A DNA stretch of 63,965 nucleotides, counting the filler, from Trypethelium eluteriae (lineage: Eukaryota): assembly GCA_051942245.1 (NCBI GenBank). It is 3 parts of 3 records of this genome, joined end to end, with 100 filler letters (N's around TTAATTAATTAA, not from the genome) between each part and the next. Parts side by side here need not be neighbours in the genome. Positions count along the whole stretch, not along the records: positions 1 to 21,525 come from JAVECL010000468.1; positions 21,626 to 43,148 come from JAVECL010000469.1; 1 more part is not named here. The stretch is one strand, 5' to 3'. The notes beneath the pieces were generated by a model that saw only the letters and a list, made by a program, of their open reading frames with translations, had not been told where the DNA came from and ran no database searches. Positions within the stretch are counted from its first letter, which is position 1. The number at the start of each line of letters is the position of its first letter. Both the position numbers and the translations under genes were made by a program. Below are positions 11,419-23,457 of this stretch, in pieces.

Positions 11419-14400
11419 CTGATGTTCCAATATGATCGGAAGCGCAATCCACTGCTGGACCCAGAAAATTGCCATGTCAGCCCATTGTAGGTAACAACTT
11501 GCATGATAGACATTCCAAGGAAACTTAGACTAACGAGAACCTTACCTTCCTGGAAGCTCTTTCGAATGTATATTCAAGAATAAAGCGGCTGTGGCAAGGG
11601 TTGAAACAATCGAAGCCCGGAACGGGATGGTAAATCGAAGAAAACGGGACGGAGAAATGCCAATCATAAAATGATCGCCCACGGCTATACAGAGTTCCGA
11701 GGGCAGATAGGCCTGGAGAGGCAATGAATCTCCACTGGTTAGTTCATGATGAACCAAATTTGACAGGATCCTAAATGCGGAAAGTCGGTGATGGGACTTA
11801 AAGGGAAAGTTGGCACGCACGGGGCAGAGGTTAATAGAGTCTGAGCGAATGAGAGTAACGTTGGCAACCAGTGACAGTTCGCGGACGAGGTTTAGAGGAT
11901 GGCAATGTCTCCTTAGATATGCAAGCTAAATGAAAGCTCGATCCTGAAACAAGACGAAAGCTATGGCACCTCGGGAAATGCCTGAAAGTCGGTTTAGGGA
12001 CGCACAAAGGTAACTCGTGGGACGCACCCAATTCGCAGTACTCTCATCCGCCTCTTGCTCCACATGCAGTGCACGCGTCAATTGGATCACAGTGGCGGTT
12101 ATGTTGTGGGCCTGTGTGGCAAATTCTGCCGGTCTTAGGCGGGTGCGAAGGGACTGCTAGTGAAGGGGAACCGGGTGAGAATGAGGGCTTTGAAAGCGTT
12201 CTTCTTCAAAATAGACAGATAGCTACCGGAAAGGTAGGGACATTTTTGCAGATCAATCGTGTGGCTGTGTCGCAGGGTGAGGATGCGTGTGCATGTGGCG
12301 AATAAAACAGCTATGTGGATTCGAGCACAGGGGGACCCGAACGGACTGCAGACTTAGCCAGGACGTCCAGATAGCTAATTATGCAATTGCCGTCAAGTCC
12401 ACAGCAACGTTTTACGTGCAGGACTCGGCGTCGTTGATGGGAGTAGTCATGAAGATACAAGTGACGCTGGGACAATGTCAAAAGGGGGGGGAAAATGGAT
12501 TCAGGAGGAACACACAGCCGATCTGCTATCCGCACGATGCTATGGGTGCTATGGGTTCTGGAGTCAAATATGCTCGTCGGCGAGATACAGGGTACTTGAA
12601 TTGCCCATTGAGCTGCTGGAACCAATCTGAAGCCCGCTATCCCGAATGTTGAAGAACCGCACAGACACTTCTCACGAGACCACGGCAAGGTCTTCGAGCA
12701 TGAGATAACCGAACAAAGCTACCCCTATGCTGCAGTCGGGCCTACGAAGACTGAGCGACTTCTCCACGCGATGCCGTGCGCCCTAGGAGACCTGGTCTAA
12801 CATTGTTTCAATGATACCAAGGTGTGGCTGGAAGCGTTCTACCTGGATCGGCAGCCCATAGGATAGTGACAGGCCGTCAGCAAGAGTGGCAACTCCGGGT
12901 TCTGGACCATAACTCAGCCCTTGCCCCACGGGCACGATATGACAAAGGGTTTGAGTGTGGGCATGGAAGGCCCTGTTAGCGGGCCCGAGGGAACCATCTG
13001 CCTCGCACTTCTCACCGAGGGAGCCCCAATGGACACGGTGTCATCATGACGAGAGCCATTTGCCACAGAGGGAATCAAAGGCGAAGAGATATGCAGATGC
13101 GGTTTGAGTGCTCAGGAACGCGGACTTGGGCACTGCTGGAGTCGGGACCGGGCGAAGCAGCCGCTAGTTCGCACTTGCTCTTCATGAACCGCCTCCAAAG
13201 CCGGACTGCGCTAGTAGCTTGAGTCCAGGGCCCAACAAGCCCGACAAGCCTGAACGGTCTGGAGCGCCACAGAGCCGCCACAGAGGCAGTTCCCCTGACC
13301 GGACCACCTTCTGAAAGCCTCGACATCATTGGCCGACCCAGCCGGCAGTATCAGAGTTGAGAAGGCCGTTGGAGCTACGTTCGCATGCTTCGAGTCTAGA
13401 CCTCTTCTGGAGATTCTTGACATCACTTTGCTCGCTGCATAATGTATGTGCATATGTGCATGTACCCCATACTGCTATCCACTCGAACATGCTTCTCACC
13501 CGAATCTCCACAACATCTCTTCACCACGCAGTCGGTTTTTGGGACTATCGCCAAATGCCACGGGAGGAAGCGAGCTGAGCATTGGTAGAGATGGTGATTG
13601 GCACTGCAAGAATAGAAAGCCGATCATCTTCCGAGCCCTACCCTGAATGCCGATCTTCGCAGGGTTACGAAGCCTTCTAAAGCTTGACGCGGCCCTGACG
13701 GATGTGGCGCATGCCCTACGCTGGTGAACTACAGATAGTGCGATGTGGCACAACTCGACAGCGACCCAAATCCCACAGAACTACGGCAATTGCAAAAATC
13801 TCCATCGCCGACAGACTGCACAAAAGCTTTTCGCATACGTCAAAAGGTGACTCACTGATCTTGCTGTCATTATGCACGGAACCGGCACACCCGAGTGCTC
13901 AGCCATACTGTAGATAAGAGGGGTTTGCAGCCAGAGATCTAGAACCATCTTGGGCGTGATGCCTATTAGACCTCATGACAGTATGCAAGAACTTCCTATT
14001 GAAGCATCCATCCGCTGTCACTACCTCTCGGTTTCAGCCCAGAGAGCACTGCATGTCGGATCCCGGACAACCCACTGCGCTGCACAAAGGGCGGGGTATA
14101 GAATTCCTTTAGCTTCCATGGGAGGAGCCACAGCGAAGCCTAGACTAATATCAGGCCTTACTTCGCCTTTACCACAAAGACATCATAACTCCTCGGCCTT
14201 TATCTCTCGCAACACAACGGGTGCCACTAGTTTGATTAGCTACCTCTATGGAACAGATATCTGTACGGGGTACCGGAGCAAGGGCAAGGACCCACGTGCA
14301 GGACAATTATTTCTGAGATCACGAAGCTCCTTATTGGTCAAAGAAAGGTGTCATGCACATTTCGGGAAATGGTGTGTCGATAGTTTTGTTTGGGCTAAAA

Positions 14401-14653
14401 TCGCGTACCATGTATAGTACGGAGTAGTCCGTAGGAGAATTAGATGCCTCTTGAGCTACTAGTGCCACCACCTACCTAGGCTAATGAGGTACGTGGGTAC
14501 TTAGCTGCATGATGTTCATATTGTTCTAATCCGGGAGCTTGGACCCTTTGTCGTCACCATCTCACGACCACACAAACCGCCGACTCTACCGCCGACTTTA
14601 CCGCCTACCCTCATCGATCTTTCCCACCTTGCAGATCTCAAGAATCAACCGGC

Positions 14654-15630
14654 ATGGGTTTATACTCTGAGAGCCCCGATTGGGCGGATATTGAACCCAT
14701 TCCTCAAGATGAAGGCGGTCCCAATCCCTTGGCCGCGATTCATTACAGCGAAGAGTACAGTGAAGCTATGGGTTACCTTCGAGCTGTAATGGCACGGAAC
14801 GAAATGTCCTCTCGAGCCCTGGCTCTCACTGAAGACATTATTGACATGAATCCAGCCCACTACACGATATGGTGAAGAGCCTATACCCGGTATGAACACC
14901 TTGCAGGAGCTAACAGGGACGTAGGCTTTACAGAGCTGAGATACTATTTGCCATCAAGGCTGACCTCCACCAAGAGCTGGAATGGCTTAATGAGACTGCA
15001 TTGGCTCATCAGAAAAACTATCAAATCTGGAACCATCGTCAGACCGTCGTGGATCGCGTAGGTTCACCTGCTGGAGAGGCTGAGTTCATCGCCCGGATGT
15101 TTGAAAAGGACGCCAAGAACTATCATGTGTGGAGCTATCGGCAATGGCTGGTTAGAAGGTTTGACTTGTGGGAAAAAGGCGAACTCGAAGACGTCGAGCT
15201 TTTGCTCAAGCATGATATCAGGAACAATTCAGCGTGGAACCATCGCTGGTTTATTGTCTTTGGAAGGGATGATAGTGCAGTAGCGGGCGACGTCATTCAA
15301 CGAGAGATGGATTACGCCAAAGATGCTATACGTCTCGCACCCCAAAATCAGAGTCCTTGGAACTATCTCAAAGGCGTAACGCGCCGGGCTGGAAATCCAA
15401 TGTCGTCCCTCAAGGATTTCGCATCTGAATTCGCTTCAATTGAGCGACCGAACGAAGTTCGCTCGAGCTATGCGCTGGATTTACTGGCCGAGATATATTC
15501 CCAAGAATCGGATGGAAAGTTAGATGCTGCGGTCGCATTGGATTTACTGGCGAAGCATTATGATCCGATCAGAGCAAATTATTGGAACTACAGGAAGGCT
15601 CTTCTAGAACAGCCAGCTACTGCGGCGTGA
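14654..15630 (+). CDS. RAM2: Protein farnesyltransferase/geranylgeranyltransferase-I alpha subunit
   Basis: PFTA repeats NPAHYTIW, KNYQIWNHR, KNYHVWSYR, RNNSAWNHR, PQNQSPWNY and YDPIRANYW. Intron 14872-14924. Confidence 0.93.
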
Positions 15631-15776
15631 TTGAGGCAATGGCGCAACATCAGGAAAGTTACATAGGAGTCTCGGCGCAATCTTGATTTTCTGATACCCT
15701 GGGCGTTAAGCAATAGGTCTATCGGGATTATATATCTATTTTTATGAACCTATGCTTCACTGCAATTTGAAATATC

Positions 15777-17021
15777 TCACCTACTCCCATTCGGGGCACT
15801 CTGCGTACTGGGAACCTCTTCATTCCTGGCCTCGAACTTTTCAATATGCCCGTACTCCTGCCTGTATGAGGTCAACTCCTCTACTGTGATATTACTTCCC
15901 CCACAGACGATGACCACAACCTTACTCTCCGCATTCAGCTTGCGCCCAAGATACTTTTCAAGCCTCCCGCCATAACACAATGCGACGTTCACTCCGCATG
16001 CAAGCTCGACCATCATCCGCTCATCATCTGCCAACCGCCAGCATCCCATTGCGGCTTCAGCATCCTCCAAAACTACACTTTTGACATTCTTCCTTTGCCC
16101 GTATTCAAAAGCCTGTCGACACACCGTCCTCGCACCGAGACAAGTTGCCCTGGAGGTTATGGCAGGCAACGTTGGCGCCTTCAACTCTCCCCTTTTCAGT
16201 GCCTGGTTCAACGAGTCTGTTCCGTGCGTTTCTAGCGCAATCACCGGAACGTGCCCCCAACCGTGCCGGTCAATCCCCTGCATTACTCCACTGAATAGAC
16301 CTCCACCACCGACACCACATATGACGGCCTCCGGTTCTGATCTCCCGCCTCGCTCATCCAATGCGACTTTGTCCAAATCATCCTTTATCTCGTCCATCAT
16401 CCAACTATGCCCCTCCCATATGTCCGGATCATCAAAGGGCGGCGCGTACACCACTTTCTCCCCCTTCTTCTCCGCCTCGCGCATGAGTGTCAATCGCATA
16501 TATGTATCCGCTTCCACCCAAGACGCGCCTTCTTGAATTACCGCTGTTGCGCCCGCAGCCCGGATCTTGGCAATCATAAGGGCTGAGGTCGTGAGAGGAA
16601 CAACGACAGTGCAGGGACGAGAGAGAGCGCGAGCGGCATGGGCGCATGCAAGACCGGCATTGCCACCAGAAGAGCAGTAGAAGTGGATGGGACCAGAGGA
16701 TCCGGATGCTGGATCAGGGAGGCGACGAAGCATGTAATTGCCAATACCTCTTCACCAAGCAAATTAGTCCACAGAATGACGGAATGGGGTCTTGAGAATG
16801 AGACGCAAAAGTACCTCGACTTGAAGGAACCAGACGGCTGTAGATTCTCAAGCTTAAGGAATATTCTGCTTCGGAAAATTAGTCCACTAGTCGATACCTC
16901 GATCTCCCGGCTCCCAGCGAAGAGTTGGAATATTCGCGACGTACCATCCCGCTGCTTTGGACAGTGCTGCCGACTCAATGAGCGGCGTTCTGATCCAAGG
17001 CTTTTTTGTCGTGGAAGCCAT
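15777..17021 (-). CDS. PLP-dependent L-serine/L-threonine dehydratase
   Basis: Spliced KKPWIRTPLIES...KLENLQPSGSFKSRG, SSGGNAG, GVGGGGL, ELACG, CGG. Introns 16944-16869 and 16814-16750. Confidence 0.9.
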
Positions 17022-17722
17022 TCTTCTCGCCAATATAATTTTGGTAATGAAGATGAACGAGTGATTCAGACAAGTGAGAATTTATGGGAAGAATACAAGG
17101 AAACCATTCTTCCAGATATCTAAACGACGCATATGAGTAAACATGAACCTCCAGTGAGTTGGCGCGATGGCATAGGGCGCGACCGCGAAGAAAACGGAAG
17201 GTGGGGCATGAGGGGCAACGAGACAAGACCTCCAGATTTTTTCAGTACCACATTCTACTATTCTTACAGATACCAAGCTGCTCTGTCGTTATTTTAGCAA
17301 GAGCCAAGCTCAGTTTCGTACATGTAAAAGTGCTACGATCCCTGGTGACGTCAGCTTCATCGGTAATCTTGCAAGAACACTTGGCCGTGCATGCTCGTCT
17401 TTCGTCGACGGTATGTCGTGCTCGTCTTCATTCAGGGGTTTGAAGCCCAAAGCTTGGCCAACAAATCTCATCATTTCTGATAATGCTTTCAGTGCTTTAG
17501 CCGGAAAGCCATTTCTCTGATCTAGCCTATTAAGGGAGCTCAAGTTCATCTCCCCAACGTCTCGCATAATACACCTTCCTGTTTATCTGCAGATTTTATT
17601 TAGCTGCTAGCGCAACATGGATTCATGTATACTCAGAAAAATGGACTTCTCATTCAAAAGCAAACGCCGTGGGCGTGTTACGAAGACAAGGCCACAGTTG
17701 CTTTCCGCAATCACCTGTCACG

Positions 17723-20213
17723 ATGGTTCGACTGTTGGCTGCCCTCGCCTCAACGGCAGTGATCCTGCTGTGTGATGCTAGTCCCGCCCCATCTACACAT
17801 GCAGTCCATGAGAAGCGTGATGTTACGCACTCAAGATGGATGAAGCGCGACAGGATTGATCCTACGATCAAGCTTCCAATGCGTGTTGGTCTATCTCAAA
17901 GCAATCTGGATCGTGGGATGGATTATGTTATGGATGTGTACGTTGCTCTGCAGTGCTGCGGGGGAACCCCTCCGTGTCGTTTCCAAATTTTCTACTAACC
18001 TAGAGTATAGCTCGCATCCAGCTTCTCCTAATTACGGAAAACACTGGACTGCGAAGCAGGTGGCGGATGCCTTCGCACCCAGTGAAGAAACCGTTGAATC
18101 CGTCCGAAATTGGTTGGTATCCTCTGGCATCTCAAGGGATCGCATTGCCCATTCCGACAACCAGGGTTGGTTTGCATTCAATGCTTCAGTTCACGAAGTC
18201 GAAGATCTACTCCAGACGCAATATCACCGATATGAGGACTCCGAAACAGGACATTCAGTTCCGGCTTGTGAGGTGTAAGTCGATCAGTCACGCCTGCCAA
18301 GGCCGCAATTTCCTTGGCCTTCTGGCCGCATGGATTCTTTGGAAGTCTGACATTAGCCACCTCTAGTTACCATGTCCCAAAGACCGTACAGAGACATGTC
18401 GATTACATTACCCCGGGCGTGGGTCTTCGAGCCCCCAATCGGCCAGCTCGCGGCAAGTCCAAACGTATGAAGAGAGATGGTTCGGCACGACACGATCCGA
18501 TCAAGATGGCCAAGATGCCTGTGCGTGTTGACTACGGTAATGTGTCGACCTGCGATGTCGCCATCACTCCAGCATGTATTCGCGCCTTGTACAACGTACC
18601 GCTTCCTCCAAAGACGGCTCAACCGGGGAATTCGATTGGTATCTTCGAAGACGGTGACTTTTACACTCAAGAAGATCTGAACTTATTCTTTGCGAATTTC
18701 ACTCCCTATATTCCTCAAGGGACCCACCCCACCTTGGATTCGATCGACGGCGCCGTTGCTCCTGTCCCCGTGACTGAAGCTGGAGGTGAATCAGATTTAG
18801 ATTTTGAGCTGTCATTCCCCATCGTCTACCCGACGAACGTTACGCTTTTCCAGACCGACGACATCAACTACTCTAATGGCAACTTGTCGACTGTTGGCAT
18901 CTACAATGACTGGCTGGATGCCATAGATGGAGTAAGTCTTGTCAATCTGATAGTTCTTCTGTACTTTGTCTTCTTAAGTTTACTTCGTTGATAGTCTTAC
19001 TGTAATTATACGGCATTCGGCGAGACTGGAAACGATCCAGTCCTGGACCCAACCTATCCTGACCCACTCCCCGGAGGCTACAAAGGTCAGTTAGAATGCG
19101 GCGTGTATCAGCCGACGAATGTCTTGTCCGCCTCGTACAGTTCTCAGGAATATGACAAGCCTGAGTACTATCAACGAAGGCAGTGTAACGAGTAAGTGAA
19201 CCTCTCTGCTAGTGGAGAACGTCGGGTCGTACTTCTGGTTCGCGATTGATGCTGATGTTTGGTTTTCTAGGTTTATGAAGCTTGCTCTGCAAGGCCATTC
19301 GATTTTCTTTTCGTCAGGCGATACCGGAGTTGCAGGACGACCGGCAAACCCTCGACCCAATGGCTGTCTTGGGTCGGACAACACCATCTTCAATCCCAGA
19401 TATCCTGACAGGTATGCTGGCCCTTCGTCCATTTATGCATATCAACCGTTGGCTGATTTTTACAATTAGTTGCCCGTACATCACGGTCGTCGGCGCTACA
19501 AAAGTTTACCCTGGCAAGACAGTCTTCGACCCGGAAAGCGCTGCAAATGACCCGGCTGGTCAGCCATACTCCAGCGCCTATTCGACAGGAGGTGGCTTCA
19601 GCAATATCTACAGTCCTCCTCCTTGGCAGCAGAGTGCAATCAGCACGTAAGCCCCATGACCTCTCTGCATTTAGCTGTCGTTTTGAGTTTGCACTTACCA
19701 TAATATCTATGCAGATACTTCACAGACCACAACCCGCCATATCCGTATTATAGCGGCAATGACAGCCTCGGCGCGAATGGTGGATTATACAACCGAAGCG
19801 GTCGCGGTTATCCTGACGTCTCCGCTAACGGCGACAACATCGCTGTTTACGTCGGTGGACAGCCTGGCCTTTCAGGAGGCACCAGTGCCAGTGAGTCTAG
19901 CATCCATTGTTCCCGTCTTCAGTCGCGCTGAAGCATCAACTTCTCATGCATTAACTTCTAATCAGGCACGCCGATCTTTGCATCCATCGTGACTCGTATC
20001 AACAACGAGCGTCTCGCGGCAGGGAAGGGACCGGTAGGTTTTATTAGTCCGGTGCTGTACGCGCATCCAGAGGTTCTCAATGACATCAAGAATGGGAGCA
20101 ATCCCGGGTGTAATACCGATGGATTCCAAGCTGTGGAAGGCTGGGATCCACTAACGGGACTTGGAACGCCGAATTACGAGAAGATGTTGGACTTGTTCTT
20201 GAGTCTTCCTTGA
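17723..20213 (+). CDS. Secreted S53 sedolisin (tripeptidyl-peptidase/aorsin-like), 8 exons
   Basis: Signal peptide, pro-domain SHPASPNYGKHW, catalytic ESDLD, SSGDTG, GGTSASTP and GWDPLTGLGTP. Seven in-frame GT-AG introns start at 17938, 18275, 18932, 19193, 19412, 19647 and 19891. Confidence 0.92.
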
Positions 20214-20841
20214 ACTCGCGCGGTTGCAAAATCCCTCGAACGACAGAATAGCTGAATAGGAACTTAGGCAGTGTTTGAATACAACTCTGAGTAGATTGAT
20301 GCGACCCAAGTTTTATTGCTAACGATCCGAACGCAGCAGGCTCTGCCATTTCTTGGTAAGACGCACGTTGGCAGTGATACAGTAGGAGGACAGAATGCAG
20401 ACAGAATCTAATGCCATAGTTTCCCTTTCTTTCGAAGGGATGTTGGTTGGATCATAGATCTATTTGACATGTAGTGAAACAGAACTAACCACGTCTTCTG
20501 CTAATTCAGTACACCACATGAGATCATTGCAATGCTCAAGAGTACTCGGGCAACCCTCCGCCGACGTTTGCCTATCCATGTTCCACAAAGATCATGGGGT
20601 TGGACAAAAATAGGGCAACTATCGGAAAATACCTACCTGGAGGGTAGTGATGGGTTGCCCGTAAGGCAGTTCGTGAGCCTCCCCGCACCGGATGGCGTAG
20701 CACATTGCGCTAATCCTTAGAGTTCCAGAAAACTTGTGTGCATAGCTTTCCATGGTACTACCTTCGCGGCAAGGGGCGGCAGGTATATCAATCACAGGCT
20801 CACTTCATCATGGACAACCATCATAGAACATTGAGATCGCA

Positions 20842-21525
20842 ATGGCAGCCATCCAGCAGGCGCCCGTCGCTGCACATGAGCTAGTAGTCGAGCCCGGCCA
20901 GCTCCCAAAACTGCGCTCAAACTATGGCAACGTCATTGATTCCGAGTCGACCGGCTGGCTGAAGCCAACGCCCAGAGACACGCCACTCGAAGAGATGAGG
21001 AGACGATTCGACGAAGATGGCTACGTTTGGGTGAAGAACGTAATCCCAAGGGAAGTCGTCTTGGACATGCGCCAGCAGTATGCAAAACATCATACAACGA
21101 AGCCGAAGAAAAACACACTACTCACCACTCTCACAGCTACTTCGAACACATGTCTCCCACTGGCCTCCTCGCCCCCAACACCAGCCCCCGTGCCGGCATC
21201 TTCAACCCAGCCCTCAATCCCCTCACGCACCACGGCGTCGGCGGCCACGACCTCCCTCCCTCCGCGGAGCAAGTCTCGCTCCTCACCAGCGCGCACAGCA
21301 CGTCATCCTACCTCGCGTTCCTGAAGAACGACTCGCTGCGGGCCTTCATCCGGGGGTTCACGGGATGGGAGCAGGAAGTGCTGGTAGTGCGAACGCTGCT
21401 GCGCCACAACGTGCCGCGGGGGCTGAGCACGGGGGTGCACTACGACAAGCTGTTTCTGCGCGGGGGCTCGGCGGACTTCCTGACGGGCTGGGTGCCGATT
21501 GGCGACTGTGGCGCGGAGGGGGGCC
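20842..21525 (+). CDS. Phytanoyl-CoA dioxygenase (PhyH)-family 2OG-Fe(II) oxygenase, 3' end lost in gap
   Basis: RRFDEDGYVWVKNVIP, HxD motif (VHYD) and LTGWVPIGDC...GG. One intron at about 21078-21136. Confidence 0.8.
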
Positions 21526-21625
21526 NNNNNNNNNNNNNNNNNNNNNNNNNNNNNNNNNNNNNNNNNNNNTTAATTAATTAANNNNNNNNNNNNNNNNNNN
21601 NNNNNNNNNNNNNNNNNNNNNNNNN
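21526..21625. other. Artificial assembly spacer (N44-TTAATTAATTAA-N44)
   Basis: 100-nt block with a six-frame stop linker at 21570-21581. Confidence 0.97.
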
Positions 21626-21627
21626 AC

Positions 21628-22329
21628 CTGTCCCCCGACGGCGCCGACACCCTCCCCCGCAAACTCCTCAAACGAGGAGCCATCCACGGCCACGGCATCA
21701 TCAAGCGCTCGCTCAGCCTGGGCGCCTCCTTCTTCCAGCCCCGCAGCGTCGACGATCCGCCCGTCGGCGGCCTCGCGTTTCCTCCTCAAACTATCGGCTT
21801 CGCCATGGCCAGCATCGGCGTCATTGGCGTGCTGCTGCAGTTCCTGCTCTACCCGAAGGTCAACGCCCGCTACGGCCTGATGCGCTGTTTCCGCGCTAGC
21901 TTGTTCCTTTTCCCGCCAGCGTACTTTCTTGCGCCGATGGTCTCGCTGCTGCCTTCGGCGAGCCTCGCGCCGGACCCTGCCAGTGGGTTCTTCATCTGGT
22001 TGGGGATTGCGGCGGTGGTGTTTCTGCAGGTTGCGGCGAGGACGTTTGCTCTGCCCGCGAGTATCATTTTGTTGAATAATAGTAGTCCGCACCCTTCTGT
22101 GCTGGGCACGATTCATGGGCTCGGCCAGGGGGTGTCGGCGACGTTTCGGACGTTAGGGCCCATAGCCGCGGGGTGGTGGTTTGGGGTTGGGCTGGAGAGG
22201 GGGAGTGTTGGGTTTGCCTGGACGATTGTGAGTGCGATTAGTGTGTTTGGATGTGTGGTCAGTTGGTGGGTGAAGAATGGGAATGGGCATGAAATCCTAC
22301 TTCCTGGAGAGGATGGGCCTCAGGATTGA
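21628..22329 (+). CDS. C-terminal part of an MFS transporter (5' end lost in gap)
   Basis: Frame open from the gap edge. GGLAFPPQTIGFAM, several TM helices and LGTIHGLGQGVSATFRTLGP. Confidence 0.8.
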   Translation: MSPDGADTLPRKLLKRGAIHGHGIIKRSLSLGASFFQPRSVDDPPVGGLAFPPQTIGFAMASIGVIGVLLQFLLYPKVNARYGLMRCFRASLFLFPPAYFLAPMVSLLPSASLAPDPASGFFIWLGIAAVVFLQVAARTFALPASIILLNNSSPHPSVLGTIHGLGQGVSATFRTLGPIAAGWWFGVGLERGSVGFAWTIVSAISVFGCVVSWWVKNGNGHEILLPGEDGPQD

Positions 22330-23042
22330 GCATTGAACGGGGTTCTTAAGGGGTTCGGCGAAAAGAGAAGGACGGATTCTTCGTATGGATGTGGCCAGCA
22401 CTATGTTTCTTCTATGTTACGACCGGTTTTGCATGTGACTACCCTCCTATGCATGCGTGCGAGCTGCATTAGAGATGGAGCAGTCAGGATTTTGTTGTCT
22501 TGGGAAATGTATCATAGCATTGCATTGCAGCATTTCTGTGTGTATGCATGGCGAGGAGTTCTTGGAGAGGGAACTTGTTTATTCTGTACCAACAGAGAGA
22601 CTACCATGTACAGATATCAATTAGATGGACGAATGCGCATCATCAGATATTACGAATGTTGTTATTTCTTTAGCAGGCACTTGATGTATGGACAGAATAT
22701 GATACTCCCCCAGATACTAAGTCGATTAGGAGTCAAAGTGACTTCGCAGATCCTCCCTTATCTCCCCAACACTGGCCCTCGCGAGCCTTATTGGGTGAGA
22801 TATTTACCCGTTCATAGGGGAAGGTAGTCAAGAGGCAGTAATACATACATTGCATTGCATTTGCATATTCTATGACAGTTACCAGCATGCAGATCGCCGC
22901 GCGACCAGGATCCTTAAAAGGTCGTCGTAATCATCCTCATTCTTGGACACATTTGCCCACCGTGCCACGGCACCTTGCTTCCGAGCCGAAATCCCGTCTA
23001 TCTCCTTTAATTTCACCTGCGCGGCCCAGCCTGGAGGAGGTA

Positions 23043-23457
23043 CAGTAGTTATTCGATACTACGTAATTCTATATAGCGAAATATGCGATGCAACGAAAAA
23101 TTTTCAGGTTCCTAGCAAATTTGTATGGGAATAACGAATTTATTCGATACTCAGAAGTTCGTTATTTTTGCCCCAAATTTCGCTATATCGAATACAGATC
23201 CTTGTGTTTCTGTTACGATTGGGCCTGTTTTGGAAGCTCGACCCTACCTCTTATGTACTAGTGAGGTACAAGAGTAGGCCTAAAATGTCTAGCGTAGCTC
23301 TAATGCAGTCAGCTGATCTCGGTTACCTCTAGCGCCTGAGACACTAGGCCTAGGTAGGAAACCATACTAATCACGTGTCAATTCGCTACTACGGATTATT
23401 CGCTATTACGTACGTAGGGGGCCCGGATTTTTGATACGTTATATCGAATAACTACTG
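23043..23457. mobile_element. Non-autonomous MITE, Tc1/mariner-pogo type
   Basis: Perfect 16-bp TIRs CAGTAGTTATTCGATA (23043-23058) / TATCGAATAACTACTG (23442-23457), extendable to 23 bp with 2 mismatches. TA on both flanks (23041-42, 23458-59). No ORF. Confidence 0.85.

Noticed and set aside
10748..11452. 234-aa alternative-frame ORF overlapping the YTH gene
   Set aside because: No recognisable motif; likely a by-product of the low-complexity Q/P/S exon.
13655..13670. TAACCCT on the minus strand as a possible telomerase RNA template
   Set aside because: Only a 7-mer and not the TAACCCTAA-type template, with no supporting structure.
21570..21581. TTAATTAATTAA palindromic motif occurring twice (also 43193-43204)
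   Set aside because: It is centred in identical N runs, so it is a six-frame-stop assembly linker and not biology.
22515..22870. Short GCATT repeats
   Set aside because: Only 2-3 copies each; ordinary low-complexity 3'-flank sequence.
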